NCBI GenBank assembly: GCA_016714445.1
Contig: JADJNF010000004.1
Location: 183,861 to 247,860, forward strand
Origin: Saprospiraceae bacterium
Lineage (GTDB): Bacteria; Bacteroidota; Bacteroidia; Chitinophagales; Saprospiraceae
DNA length: 64,000 nt
Direction: 5' to 3'
The notes beneath the pieces were generated by a model, which did not search any database, was not told where the DNA came from, and was given only the letters and a program-made list of their open reading frames with translations. Shown in pieces: positions 20,552 through 29,896 of this stretch. How positions within the stretch are numbered: the first letter of the stretch is position 1; the number at the start of each line of letters is the position of its first letter. A program made the position numbers and the translations under genes.

Positions 20552-21136
20552 ATGAACAACAAAAATTTAATTATTCTTCTGACCTTTATGGTCACATTAT
20601 TTGCAGCTGGCTGTGCACAAAAAGAAAAGGAAACCGCTGCCGTTAACACTGAAATCACCCAGGATAGTCTCATTAAAAACGGGGAATATCTGGTAACAAT
20701 TCTGGGCTGCAATGATTGTCATTCCCCAAAACGAATGGGGGCAAATGGTCCTGAAATCATACCAGAACTGATGTTGTCCGGATATCCGTCAGACAGACCA
20801 TTAGGACAAGTTACAAAAAATGCCATCTCAGATGGATGGGCACTATTTAATGCTGACCTTACGTGTGGTATAGGACCCTGGGGAGCCACGTTTGCAGGCA
20901 ATCTCACACCGGATGAAACAGGTATTGGCAACTGGTCACTTGAGCAGTTCAAAACTGCACTCACCAAAGGTAAGTATAAAGGATTGGATGATGGCAGAAT
21001 GTTATTGCCACCCATGCCGTGGATAAATTATGTCAATATGAAGGATGCAGATGTCAAAGCGATCTATTCCTATTTGATGAGTATAAAACCAGTTAAAAAT
21101 GTAGTTCCCGCTCCGATTCCACCGGGTGAACTTTGA
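20552..21136 (+). CDS. c-type cytochrome lipoprotein
   Basis: Lipobox LFAAGC. Haem-binding CxxCH (GCNDCHS). Start taken at the internal MNNKNLIILL. Confidence 0.6.
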   Translation: MNNKNLIILLTFMVTLFAAGCAQKEKETAAVNTEITQDSLIKNGEYLVTILGCNDCHSPKRMGANGPEIIPELMLSGYPSDRPLGQVTKNAISDGWALFNADLTCGIGPWGATFAGNLTPDETGIGNWSLEQFKTALTKGKYKGLDDGRMLLPPMPWINYVNMKDADVKAIYSYLMSIKPVKNVVPAPIPPGEL

Positions 21137-21275
21137 TTTTGAGACATAATATATTGGGTTGCAATAATTTCAGTTTCAGATTATTTGAAATTTCAGTTTA
21201 TCAAAGAAACAAAATCATGGCTTTTGAAAAATAAAATTCGTCATATATAATTTTAAACAGAAAAAGAATAAAATG

Positions 21276-21310
21276 GGATACGTCTATAGCTGTATCCCAT
21301 TTTTGTTTTA
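21276..21310. terminator. Bidirectional Rho-independent terminator
   Basis: GGGATAC-N10-GTATCCC perfect 7-bp stem flanked by T-runs on both strands. Downstream of the minus-strand phosphatase gene. Confidence 0.45.
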
Positions 21311-21362
21311 AAAATTATCCTTATTTGCGATTGATGGTGGTAAAATTTAGTTGCCATCACTT

Positions 21363-21827
21363 CTAAAAATCCCCATAAAACACCTGAAAACAAGGCAATT
21401 GTAAGTCATTACGCCAAAGATCTACCACTTGATTTCTGTCGTCCAGGACCAATTCTACGAAATATTTGCCATCAATAAAGGTCTCGAATATTTCTCTTTT
21501 GATGATCGCATCCTTTCTATAATCACCTGCTTTACGCATGATTAGTTCAGTGTATGAAATATTGAGTCTGGCAAGCCATTTTTCTGTTTGTGGCTGATAG
21601 ACATCTTCTCTACCAGAAACCAAAAGGATTTTATAACCTAGCTGATAATAATTTTTGACCATGTTGACTACCGGAATATTGGGTAGATCTTGGTCGCACT
21701 TTGATGCATCGAAAGGGCTTCTTCCATTCAAGAGCGCCAAAGTACCATCCAGATCACAGATGACGGCTTTAGGTAAGGATGGGGCTTGGGTACGTATTAT
21801 ATTTTCAGGACGAACTTTAGGTCTCAT
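21363..21827 (-). CDS. Polynucleotide 3'-phosphatase, HAD family (T4 Pnk phosphatase-domain-like)
   Basis: KAVICDLDGTLALLNGRSPFDASKCDQD...LLVSGRED...LDDRNQVVDLWRN...FQVFYGDF closely parallels the T4 Pnk phosphatase domain (DxDGT nucleophile motif, C-terminal ...VASGDF). Confidence 0.75.
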   Translation of the reverse strand: MRPKVRPENIIRTQAPSLPKAVICDLDGTLALLNGRSPFDASKCDQDLPNIPVVNMVKNYYQLGYKILLVSGREDVYQPQTEKWLARLNISYTELIMRKAGDYRKDAIIKREIFETFIDGKYFVELVLDDRNQVVDLWRNDLQLPCFQVFYGDF

Positions 21828-22282
21828 TGAAAAATCAAAAGTATTTTTATATTTTCATACTGTTCAATAAATCGTTTTAAGACATTTGGTGGAATAAATT
21901 TTCCTGTTTCTTGGTGTCTCTGAATCACTCTTTGCTTCAACTCTTCGGTTTCTACTTCAAATAATTTAAATGAAATATCGGCTAGATGGTTGAACTTACT
22001 TATATATTGATTTAAAAACTCCTTTCGCGTGTGCGTGGCATCTACAACAACATTGACTTTATTATTAAGCAAAGAAATGATTACACTATCTACCATTTTA
22101 GTGAGCAAAGTTTCTTCATCTTCGCTCAAATTTTCTTGACTAAACTGCATCAAACGTAAATCATCTCTATTTACTCTAAACCAGTTTTCTTCAGTTCTTA
22201 AGTGATACTTTGCAAAAGTAGACTTACCTGAACCTGGTGGGCCTACTAGGATTAACAATTGTGGATTTTTATATTTGCTCAT
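21824..22282 (-). CDS. 5'-OH polynucleotide kinase (P-loop; T4 Pnk kinase-domain-like)
   Basis: Walker A LILVGPPGSGKSTFAKY followed by WFRVNRDDLR (T4 Pnk: GCPGSGKST...NINRDDYR). Stop overlaps the phosphatase start as ATGA. Confidence 0.7.
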   Translation of the reverse strand: MSKYKNPQLLILVGPPGSGKSTFAKYHLRTEENWFRVNRDDLRLMQFSQENLSEDEETLLTKMVDSVIISLLNNKVNVVVDATHTRKEFLNQYISKFNHLADISFKLFEVETEELKQRVIQRHQETGKFIPPNVLKRFIEQYENIKILLIFQ

Positions 22283-22329
22283 TATAATTTTTATTTTTTG
22301 AAAGAATAATTAAAATACAATACAAACGA

Positions 22330-23514
22330 TTAAAGTCGTGAATCAATGGTGGATTCTATTTTTTCTCCCATTATACGGTCATAAACCAAATTTTTTAGGT
22401 GGTAATTTTCAGAATGAATATCCTTATATTTTACCTTCAACAAAACATGATTGATTGCCCAATCATTTATAGAACATTTGATTTTTTTATCAATATTCCT
22501 TTTCTGCATGTTATATTGATAGTTGTTTATAAAATCAATGCCGTAAATCATTACTAAATATTGGTTATTTCTCACTTTAAATGCTGGTGGTAAATCTTTC
22601 AGAAATGAAATACGTGGTTTTATCACTATACCTTCTTCTTTATCTGCCGATAATTTATTAAACCATTCAGTTACCATTTTCGCTTTGGTTTCTAATTCGT
22701 CTGGAGACTCAATGTTTATCTCCAAAAACTCGTCATCACTTACTTCCCCAAAACTGAAATTATCATTTACAACGATTTCAGACCCATCATCAAACACTTT
22801 TTTCAAAACATTAAAAGGTTTGAAAGAAATATCACCGTCACTTCCAAAATGTGAAATTTGTTCGCCAAAAATGCTGATTCCTTGTTCATACTTGTCAAGA
22901 TCTAACATTTTAAAAGCTTCGATGGAGTCATATTGTCTAGTCACATGACTTGGATATTCTTTTTTTATGGCCTTTTCACTCAATACTTTTTTATCAGATA
23001 TATATTTTTGATAGGCTTCTGATGATCTTACTTTTTCTATTTTGTCATATAATTCTGATTGTTTGAGATAATCATGATGCGTCTTGTGCGAATGATGATA
23101 AGCCCAAAACTCATTATTGATCAATCCTTTGCCTAATACACTCCATGGCAACATTTCGGCCTGTATGATTACCAAGCTTAAATCTTTCCAATCAAATCTG
23201 GCATGTATGTCTGAGCAAGCCATTATTGCTTTTTCTACATCAATATGCATTACTTTATGGCCATTCCTACTTACAAAATAACTATCATTAATTTCTTTTT
23301 TTAAATATATATCACAATAGGAACCCATATATTTTTTTTGAACCACAAACTCTGTTACACCGCGATCAAAATAGTATTTTAATCCTTCGAATGGCGACTC
23401 TATTTCATTTTTGTCCCACGACTTTGGCGCAGGTGAGATCGTGGGTGAAAAGGCATTTATCTTATTCTGACAAAACCACTCTATTCTACTTTTGATATTT
23501 CTTTTTTCGTTCAT
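22330..23514 (-). CDS. Ligase-like nucleotidyltransferase (Pnkp LIG-domain-sized, about 390 aa)
   Basis: Motif I-like QKKYMGSY near the N-terminus. Motif IV/V-like EEGIVIKPR around aa 300. Overlaps the Hen1 stop by 4 bp. Confidence 0.5.
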   Translation of the reverse strand: MNEKRNIKSRIEWFCQNKINAFSPTISPAPKSWDKNEIESPFEGLKYYFDRGVTEFVVQKKYMGSYCDIYLKKEINDSYFVSRNGHKVMHIDVEKAIMACSDIHARFDWKDLSLVIIQAEMLPWSVLGKGLINNEFWAYHHSHKTHHDYLKQSELYDKIEKVRSSEAYQKYISDKKVLSEKAIKKEYPSHVTRQYDSIEAFKMLDLDKYEQGISIFGEQISHFGSDGDISFKPFNVLKKVFDDGSEIVVNDNFSFGEVSDDEFLEINIESPDELETKAKMVTEWFNKLSADKEEGIVIKPRISFLKDLPPAFKVRNNQYLVMIYGIDFINNYQYNMQKRNIDKKIKCSINDWAINHVLLKVKYKDIHSENYHLKNLVYDRIMGEKIESTIDSRL

Positions 23515-24821
23515 TTTACTTCTTTTTTAGTGATGATACAAACTTGTGTAGGCTGGACTCCATTGATATTATCCCCAATAAAATCAAAACAAATTTCCAA
23601 ATTTGGGACATCAATAACGCTGCCTGAAATTAATTGCCTAAATTCATCAGCAGTTGGTTCAAATTGATGATCGTCATGTCTTCGCTCCATTGTTTCGCTA
23701 TAATATTTATTAAAATCAGCGTTTGGAGTAGTGATAATTATCGAAGCAAATTGAAGACCCAAGGCTTGTTTAATTAGCACTGATGCATGCTCTTTTTTAT
23801 TATGTTCGATCACTTCTGACATGATTATGTTTACTTTTTCCTGATCCGGATAATGATTCAAATCTGAGTAAAAAAACAAATTATTTTCAGAGTATCTTGA
23901 CCCAATGGCCATTGCAATATCTTCAAACTGTTCATCTGTATCTACAGCGAAGTATGATTTTTTAAATCCCTTACTCATGACTTTTTTATAGTAAAGCAAT
24001 TCTCCACACCCTATATCGAGAATAGGGATATTAAAATCTAACTTATCTAAAATATAGATAATTCTTGCTTGATGAGTTGGGTACCATGTCAGTTCTGTCT
24101 TCAGACCTTGTTTAAGAAGGTATGATTCAAAAACTGGCTTTACTAGCAAAAACAACTTTTCAGACCGCACTGCCCTTTTGATAAAAAGATAAAATACGAA
24201 ATAGGGTACATTATCTAAATTAGTTAAAATTCTAGCATATTTATCGGCAAAAGACTCGTCAATGTAGGTGTAAATGCCATAATCATTTGTGATATGTGTA
24301 AACAAGGCTGTCAAACTAAGCAAATTGATTGCCTCAAAAACGGAGTTGGCTTCAATGATAAGTTTGAAATTATGACCATTTTGATGTTGTGTTTTTATTC
24401 CTTCAAAATATTTTGACAACAAAAAAGCTTCATTTCTTACCCAACTGGAATTAATGTAAAATGAAGGAATTTCTATAGTACATTTTTCTGTATCGATATT
24501 GCCAATAGTCTTATTTAACCAAGACAATTCTTTGGACAAAACTTCATTTTTAGTCTTGAGTAAATGACTAAAAAAATCCGTACAAATATCCATCACAACT
24601 AATGGGCTACAATAACTCTGAAAGTCAATTTGATTGCTTTCTTCAGGCAAATAACTGTATTTAGAATCCTGAAAAACGATATCATATTGATGAGAAGTAA
24701 CTACTTGTCCAATGACTACTCCTTTTTTAAGCGGCCTAGCATATATACCAAAGTCAGTATTGGGATTTCTATTTAGAATATCTAATAGAAATTCATTTTT
24801 ACATTTAATTTTTATTATCAT
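23511..24821 (-). CDS. hen1: Bacterial Hen1-type RNA 3'-terminal 2'-O-methyltransferase
   Basis: C-terminal SAM motif I ILDIGCGEL, acidic AVDTD, Hen1 metal-binding signature EVIEH, followed by IIITTPNADFNKYY...RHDDHQFEPTADEF (compare bacterial Hen1 ...TTPN...RHKDHRFEWT). About 250-aa N-terminal domain as in bacterial Hen1. Confidence 0.75.
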   Translation of the reverse strand: MIIKIKCKNEFLLDILNRNPNTDFGIYARPLKKGVVIGQVVTSHQYDIVFQDSKYSYLPEESNQIDFQSYCSPLVVMDICTDFFSHLLKTKNEVLSKELSWLNKTIGNIDTEKCTIEIPSFYINSSWVRNEAFLLSKYFEGIKTQHQNGHNFKLIIEANSVFEAINLLSLTALFTHITNDYGIYTYIDESFADKYARILTNLDNVPYFVFYLFIKRAVRSEKLFLLVKPVFESYLLKQGLKTELTWYPTHQARIIYILDKLDFNIPILDIGCGELLYYKKVMSKGFKKSYFAVDTDEQFEDIAMAIGSRYSENNLFFYSDLNHYPDQEKVNIIMSEVIEHNKKEHASVLIKQALGLQFASIIITTPNADFNKYYSETMERRHDDHQFEPTADEFRQLISGSVIDVPNLEICFDFIGDNINGVQPTQVCIITKKEVK

Positions 24822-24832
24822 TTTACATTCAT

Positions 24833-25867
24833 TTAACTTTCTAAATCATTCCTAAATGGCCGCTCATATTTCGGCTTCAACATTTTCCAAATGATAGCAT
24901 CGTACGGTCTTTTTTCGTACATCTTAAATAATAGAGCAGGATGTTGACACGCCTGAAAATAAATAGCGGTTGCCTTACGGTCTTCTAGTTCTTTGTATTC
25001 GGCTTTTGCTTCAGCTTCTATTTTTCGATAGGCTTCCCAAAATTCATCAATCGTCGTACGTAGCCAATTATAAAACTCATCAGGTACTTTTTCCAGCAAT
25101 TCGTCCATAGATTGGTTATCTCGTAGATGCTCCCAAATGGTTTTGGAAGAGACTTGTGTGATGATTCTATGAAGCCGTACATACTCGGCAAACTTGATTT
25201 TAATTCTGTACCCATTATCAAATCGTATGATAAAACCTTCTTTATCTTCTATTTGCAACTGACGGATAGCCTGCAGATCATTCAATCCGTCATATCTTTT
25301 GACCACAGGAAAACCTATGTCTGTCAAAGGAGTTTCTATTCCCGATGCTATATCTACGATAGCCAATAATACCAATTCTTCTTTATGACCATAATCTATG
25401 ACGATACGATTTTCAGGGTAAATAATCTCAAAAAGATAAGTTTTACTTTTGTCCAGTTTGTCGATACAGTTGGCATATTTTCTATGCAAAAGTTCATTGG
25501 CTTTGATGGCCTGTTCGCTCATAAATGACCCACGAGTAGCGATGTACGGGCGATCATTCCACCAATACAAAATACCCAAGGAGCCATCCATTTTGTCGTA
25601 CACTTCAAATGGCAGCGACGGAATCTGCTGATCAGGCACTTCACCATAATTAAAAAACTTAGTAAACGGTCTTGCCACGATCTCATACTGTTCATCCAAT
25701 ATCAATCCTCTGCAAAGCATCGTCACTTCATTCCACATATATTCATACTGAGCTTTGGCAGTATAGTTGTAGATATATAGCGATCGCTCCGGATGTTTTG
25801 TCATTCGCACATACCCGGAAGAAATCATTTCTTCTAATGCATCGATGGTGAATGGAAGGTTTGTCAT
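24833..25867 (-). CDS. ATP-dependent RNA ligase, T4 Rnl1-like
   Basis: Nucleotidyltransferase motif I YDKMDGSLGILYW (T4 Rnl1 K-E-D-G-S-L). Motif IV/V EGFIIRFDNGYRIKIK. First gene of the operon. Confidence 0.6.
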   Translation of the reverse strand: MTNLPFTIDALEEMISSGYVRMTKHPERSLYIYNYTAKAQYEYMWNEVTMLCRGLILDEQYEIVARPFTKFFNYGEVPDQQIPSLPFEVYDKMDGSLGILYWWNDRPYIATRGSFMSEQAIKANELLHRKYANCIDKLDKSKTYLFEIIYPENRIVIDYGHKEELVLLAIVDIASGIETPLTDIGFPVVKRYDGLNDLQAIRQLQIEDKEGFIIRFDNGYRIKIKFAEYVRLHRIITQVSSKTIWEHLRDNQSMDELLEKVPDEFYNWLRTTIDEFWEAYRKIEAEAKAEYKELEDRKATAIYFQACQHPALLFKMYEKRPYDAIIWKMLKPKYERPFRNDLES

Positions 25868-25887
25868 ATCGTTTGTTCATTTTAATA

Positions 25888-25945
25888 ACGATGCAAAGGT
25901 AAAAGTGGTGTACGCAATCTTTTTGCGTAGGAGAAATTATTTTTA
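25888..25945 (-). promoter_or_regulatory. Putative Bacteroidetes-type promoter with overlapping palindromic operator, upstream of the RNA-repair operon
   Basis: On the minus strand, TACCTTTG (TAnnTTTG -7 box) lies 26 nt upstream of the Rnl1-like ATG. A 7-5-7 palindrome TACGCAA-N5-TTGCGTA sits between the -33 and -7 regions. The same ~57-bp element recurs at 33057-33113. Confidence 0.45.
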
Positions 25946-26107
25946 TTTTTCTCGCAGAACTTGTATCGCTACCACGATATTTTCTAGATTTCGCAGATGA
26001 AAGGGGAAATATTAAACCTTTCACCAACTCGCCATCAGTCGAAGTAATAATTAACTTTTGAAACTTATTTATTTTCCTATTTGTTTACTTAGAAAATCAA
26101 AAATAAA

Positions 26108-26389
26108 ATGCAAATCGTTCTAGAAAGTCCATATGATGAATATATAGCCAAACTTATAGAGAATGGTAATTTTCAAAATGCAGAACAAGTCGTTCAATTT
26201 GCTTTGAATGAGAAATTTCAGTTTGCGCAATGGGATCATCAAACTATTTCATTGATAGAAGAAGGATTAAAAGATGTAGAAGAAGGAAGAGTTATAGAAA
26301 TCACCGAAGACTACATAAGAGATGTTATGGATGGTGCGAGAAAAAAATACCTAGATAATGATCCTATACCATCCCATATAAAGCCTTGA
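26108..26389 (+). CDS. parD: ParD-family (ribbon-helix-helix) antitoxin
   Basis: ENGNFQNAEQVVQFAL and IEEGLKDVEEGRVIE resemble ParD. Immediately followed by a ParE-like frame. Confidence 0.6.
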   Translation: MQIVLESPYDEYIAKLIENGNFQNAEQVVQFALNEKFQFAQWDHQTISLIEEGLKDVEEGRVIEITEDYIRDVMDGARKKYLDNDPIPSHIKP

Positions 26390-26688
26390 AAAAGTACTTG
26401 CTAAAGATTACACCAAAAGCTAATGAAGATATTAAAGATATCTTGCATTATACTTTGTCAGAATATGGAGAATTGCAAATGCAAAAGTATGCTGATAAAA
26501 TATGAAATTCATTTCAATCTATCAAGTCCCAACCTTTTTTAGGTAAACAAGCTTTGATAAAGGGTAAAGGACATTTCATACATTTTGTAGGTAAACATAC
26601 AATTTTTTATGACGTAAACTTAGATGAATCATCTATAACAATTATCCGAATTTTACACCAAAAAATGAATTTTATCAAGCACCTATAG
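26386..26688 (+). pseudogene. parE: ParE/RelE-family toxin with in-frame TGA stop (26503-26505) and TTG start
   Basis: Reads LKKYLLKITPKANEDIKDILHYTLSEYGELQMQKYADKI*NSFQSIKSQPFLGKQALIKGKGHFIHFVGKHTIFYDVNLDESSITIIRILHQKMNFIKHL. ParE-like C-terminus (...IFYDV..I.IIRILHQ). TTG start overlaps the ParD stop as TTGA. Confidence 0.6.
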
Positions 26689-26808
26689 CTATCACTTATA
26701 CAACTCCCTCCTAATCTCCACCAATAATCGCTCCACCAATTTTTGATCCGGAGCCTCTGGAAGTAGCCAATTACTTAAATTTTGATTAATCTCTTTTTAA
26801 AAGTTTTT

Positions 26809-29277
26809 TTATAAATTAGGGATAGAAATTGTTTGAAGCAAATTACCTTTTATGACAGTGATATTATTCTTGTCTTTAAAGAAAATGCCATTATATTCTG
26901 GTTCTAAAATGTAAGTTTTTCTCTTTATATCATACAGCCCTAACTTTCTATCGATTTCTACTAGTAAATAATCACGATGGATCTCATAAATATCATCAAA
27001 TAAAGCTTCAGTAAATTGTAAATTCGGACGATGAACACCATATTTTGTACCAATTTTATAGATTACAACACCATAATCGTCATGATGAATGATATTTTTA
27101 AAAAAGAATGCTGTATCCACGCCATTTTTAAATATCTCATTTTCATTGCTTGGAATAAAGTAGAACTTACCATTTCTTTTAAAGAGGTATTTCTGATGAC
27201 TACTTTCATCCGAAATCCAATCATTTTCTGCATTTAAAGCAAGATCTCCGTTTAAATTAATACCACCAAGCTTACCATTTTTTTCAACCAGAATAAAGGA
27301 AGAAGCTTTTTTAATAAAATTGTAACCAGAAATCATTTTTGTAATTTGTAAATTAGTCCCATTATTGTAATTTGGTTTTATAATTGAAATTGTGTCTTTA
27401 GTTATCCCAATACCAGCAAACAATGTATCATACTTATAATCTGTAAGTTGTATTCCTAATTCATTAAAAATGGCATATTTACCTTGTTCATTTTTCACTC
27501 CTAATAGCCGATGGTCAAATTCATAACAATAATCATAACTAAAATTTATTATTGTATTTCCATCAAATGACTCCATCCCATACTTTCCATTTTTTTTAAG
27601 AATAATTGATTTAAGATGGATAAGTTCTTTAAAATACTTAATTGGAATTAATTTAAAAGGAATAAGACTTATCTCATAATGATCCAGACTCCCTTTTCTG
27701 TTTTGAAGATCAAAATATGTAATATTAGAATTTGACCATGGTAATCTAAAGCCAGGATATGAACTCTTTTTACCCGATTTTGTATCAATTAAATGAACAA
27801 ACCTATCCCTAAATGTTCTTTCTTCAATCAAATATATTCCATCAAAAGATGTTTTTCTAATGTATTCATAAATCGGAGGAATTATAATTTTTTTGTTTTT
27901 TGAAATAACACCGTATTTTCCACCAATTTGAATAATAGAAGTTTCTGATAGATTATTTAAGTTGATGCTTTTTTTCATTTCATCATTAACGTGCAGAGTA
28001 GATAAATCAACCGCAACTCCGTTAATGTCGTAGGCATGCATAGACCCGCTATTTTGAAAACATATTATGATGTCATTATGATTTTCTGATATTTTTAAAG
28101 ATGCACGGAATGGATTGTCACAGGGACATTTTCTTAAAAGTGTTCCAGAATTATCAAAAATTGATATTTCACGCCCAGATTTTATAAAGTACCTATGTTT
28201 ATCTTTTGATAGGCTATTTCCAAAAATTGAAATTAACTCATGTTTTGGCTCAAAAAGATCAGGACCAAATAAAAAAGATATTAAGCCTGATTTTTTATTC
28301 TTGTAAATTTTAACATAGTGAGGATTATTATCATAAGAAATAGAATCTACTATAAGATCTTGAACTTTTAATTTTTCCTTTAAATCCAAATTGGTAAAAA
28401 AATTTTCGTAACCATTCAAAAGAGAAATATACTTATTACCGACGACACCTATCAAATCTCTATCATCATTAAGTATAAATGAATCTAAAAGAATCGGAAA
28501 AGATTGTAGTCTCTCACTATATATTTTAAACTTTTTGGATATTTTATCCTTTTTCAAAGTAATTTTATTGACTTTTATTATTGGGTATTCAGCCAATTCT
28601 CCAGTTTTAATGTTTAATTCAATTTTAAGTTGGTTGTTGGCAATTGATGAATAGCTTGCAAATAATTTATCTTCTTCAAAATAAATAAAATTCCACCAGT
28701 TATTAAATTTTAAATTACCATTAAGATCAACCACGTTGAATTGATTATTTTCATTCGAAACTCTAATTAGGGAATCATTAATGAAACTAGCAGTTTTATA
28801 AGGAAGAATGCTTTTTCTATTTGCATCAACCTTAATTAAAGAAGGGTATTCATCAAAGTTTTTTAGGATAACATAATCATTTTTTACTTCTATTTCGTTA
28901 AAACCAAAAACATTATATTTTGAATTCTTATTAATGTGCAACAACTTAGCTTTACTATTATTTATTTGCAATTGGTATAAAGAATCATCAATACTATTTA
29001 CTCTGTCATAATTAAGATTTACTACCCATTTGTTTTTTGTCAAATTAAAAATACCATATTTATTTTGATGATGAACGTGTTTGTAATCTTCATCATTAAT
29101 ATTAAAACTTCTGTAGGTACTAATAACATTTACATTGCTATAATCTCTAAAATCAATATTTTCGGACTTAAGGACCTTAAAGTATGGTGATTTCATACTC
29201 GTTTCTTGAGCATAAATGTTCATTACCATAAAACTCCAGATTACAAAAAAAACTATAGTTCTAAATAAAAATCGCAT
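26809..29277 (-). CDS. WG/KWG-repeat-containing secreted protein
   Basis: Signal peptide. Multiple KNGKYG / GKYGVISKN WG-like repeats. Confidence 0.6.
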   Translation of the reverse strand: MRFLFRTIVFFVIWSFMVMNIYAQETSMKSPYFKVLKSENIDFRDYSNVNVISTYRSFNINDEDYKHVHHQNKYGIFNLTKNKWVVNLNYDRVNSIDDSLYQLQINNSKAKLLHINKNSKYNVFGFNEIEVKNDYVILKNFDEYPSLIKVDANRKSILPYKTASFINDSLIRVSNENNQFNVVDLNGNLKFNNWWNFIYFEEDKLFASYSSIANNQLKIELNIKTGELAEYPIIKVNKITLKKDKISKKFKIYSERLQSFPILLDSFILNDDRDLIGVVGNKYISLLNGYENFFTNLDLKEKLKVQDLIVDSISYDNNPHYVKIYKNKKSGLISFLFGPDLFEPKHELISIFGNSLSKDKHRYFIKSGREISIFDNSGTLLRKCPCDNPFRASLKISENHNDIIICFQNSGSMHAYDINGVAVDLSTLHVNDEMKKSINLNNLSETSIIQIGGKYGVISKNKKIIIPPIYEYIRKTSFDGIYLIEERTFRDRFVHLIDTKSGKKSSYPGFRLPWSNSNITYFDLQNRKGSLDHYEISLIPFKLIPIKYFKELIHLKSIILKKNGKYGMESFDGNTIINFSYDYCYEFDHRLLGVKNEQGKYAIFNELGIQLTDYKYDTLFAGIGITKDTISIIKPNYNNGTNLQITKMISGYNFIKKASSFILVEKNGKLGGINLNGDLALNAENDWISDESSHQKYLFKRNGKFYFIPSNENEIFKNGVDTAFFFKNIIHHDDYGVVIYKIGTKYGVHRPNLQFTEALFDDIYEIHRDYLLVEIDRKLGLYDIKRKTYILEPEYNGIFFKDKNNITVIKGNLLQTISIPNL

Positions 29278-29624
29278 TATCCTTTTTTGATATTTAAAAG
29301 ATTGTTCACATAGTCAAAACAAAGATTTCTTTAGTAACCCAATAAATTTTGACTATTGACAAACCAAATTTTATACCGACTTCACATTAATTAGTGCTAC
29401 AAAGGTAGTTGTTAAAAAACAGTCATTTGAAATTTATGTCATTTTTAATCATCATGGAATAATGCAATAGTTAAAATCCAAACAACATTTCATATTGTGC
29501 GCTTAAGCAATTATCTTTGTAATTGCAAAACAGATATTTTAACCAGCTCGAATTTTACAAAATGGAATACAAAATAATCAAATAGACATCACAACACAAA
29601 GCATATTGCAACAAACTTCACGAA

Positions 29625-29849
29625 TTGGTCATAGATCCATTGACTAGAGATAGTGACGAAATGGAAGTATTATCAAAGGGAACCATTTCAAAAATGCTCA
29701 TCTATAACAAAGGTCTATCAAAAGAAACCATCAGGATTCTGGCAACTCATTTTAAGCTCAATCAGGAAATATTTAATCAGCCTTACAAGCTTGAAAATGA
29801 TATAAATCGAAAAATAAAAAATGCAGCAGTGATGAAAACAGAAATGTAA
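29625..29849 (+). CDS. Small HTH protein, HigA/XRE-antitoxin-like C-terminal region (possibly truncated)
   Basis: ISKMLIYNKGLSKETIRILATHFKLNQEIF resembles HigA-family helices 3-5. TTG start. No partner toxin seen. Confidence 0.3.
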   Translation: MVIDPLTRDSDEMEVLSKGTISKMLIYNKGLSKETIRILATHFKLNQEIFNQPYKLENDINRKIKNAAVMKTEM

Positions 29850-29896
29850 AATACTGTATGTATTATTTCCAATAAAGAGATGAAAAAATGGCCAAA

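Noticed and set aside
21363-22282. Single-chain Pnk with a sequencing frameshift between kinase and phosphatase
   Set aside because: The junction is an exact ATGA stop-start overlap with a plausible Met start and no homopolymer. This is more consistent with two coupled genes, though not proven.
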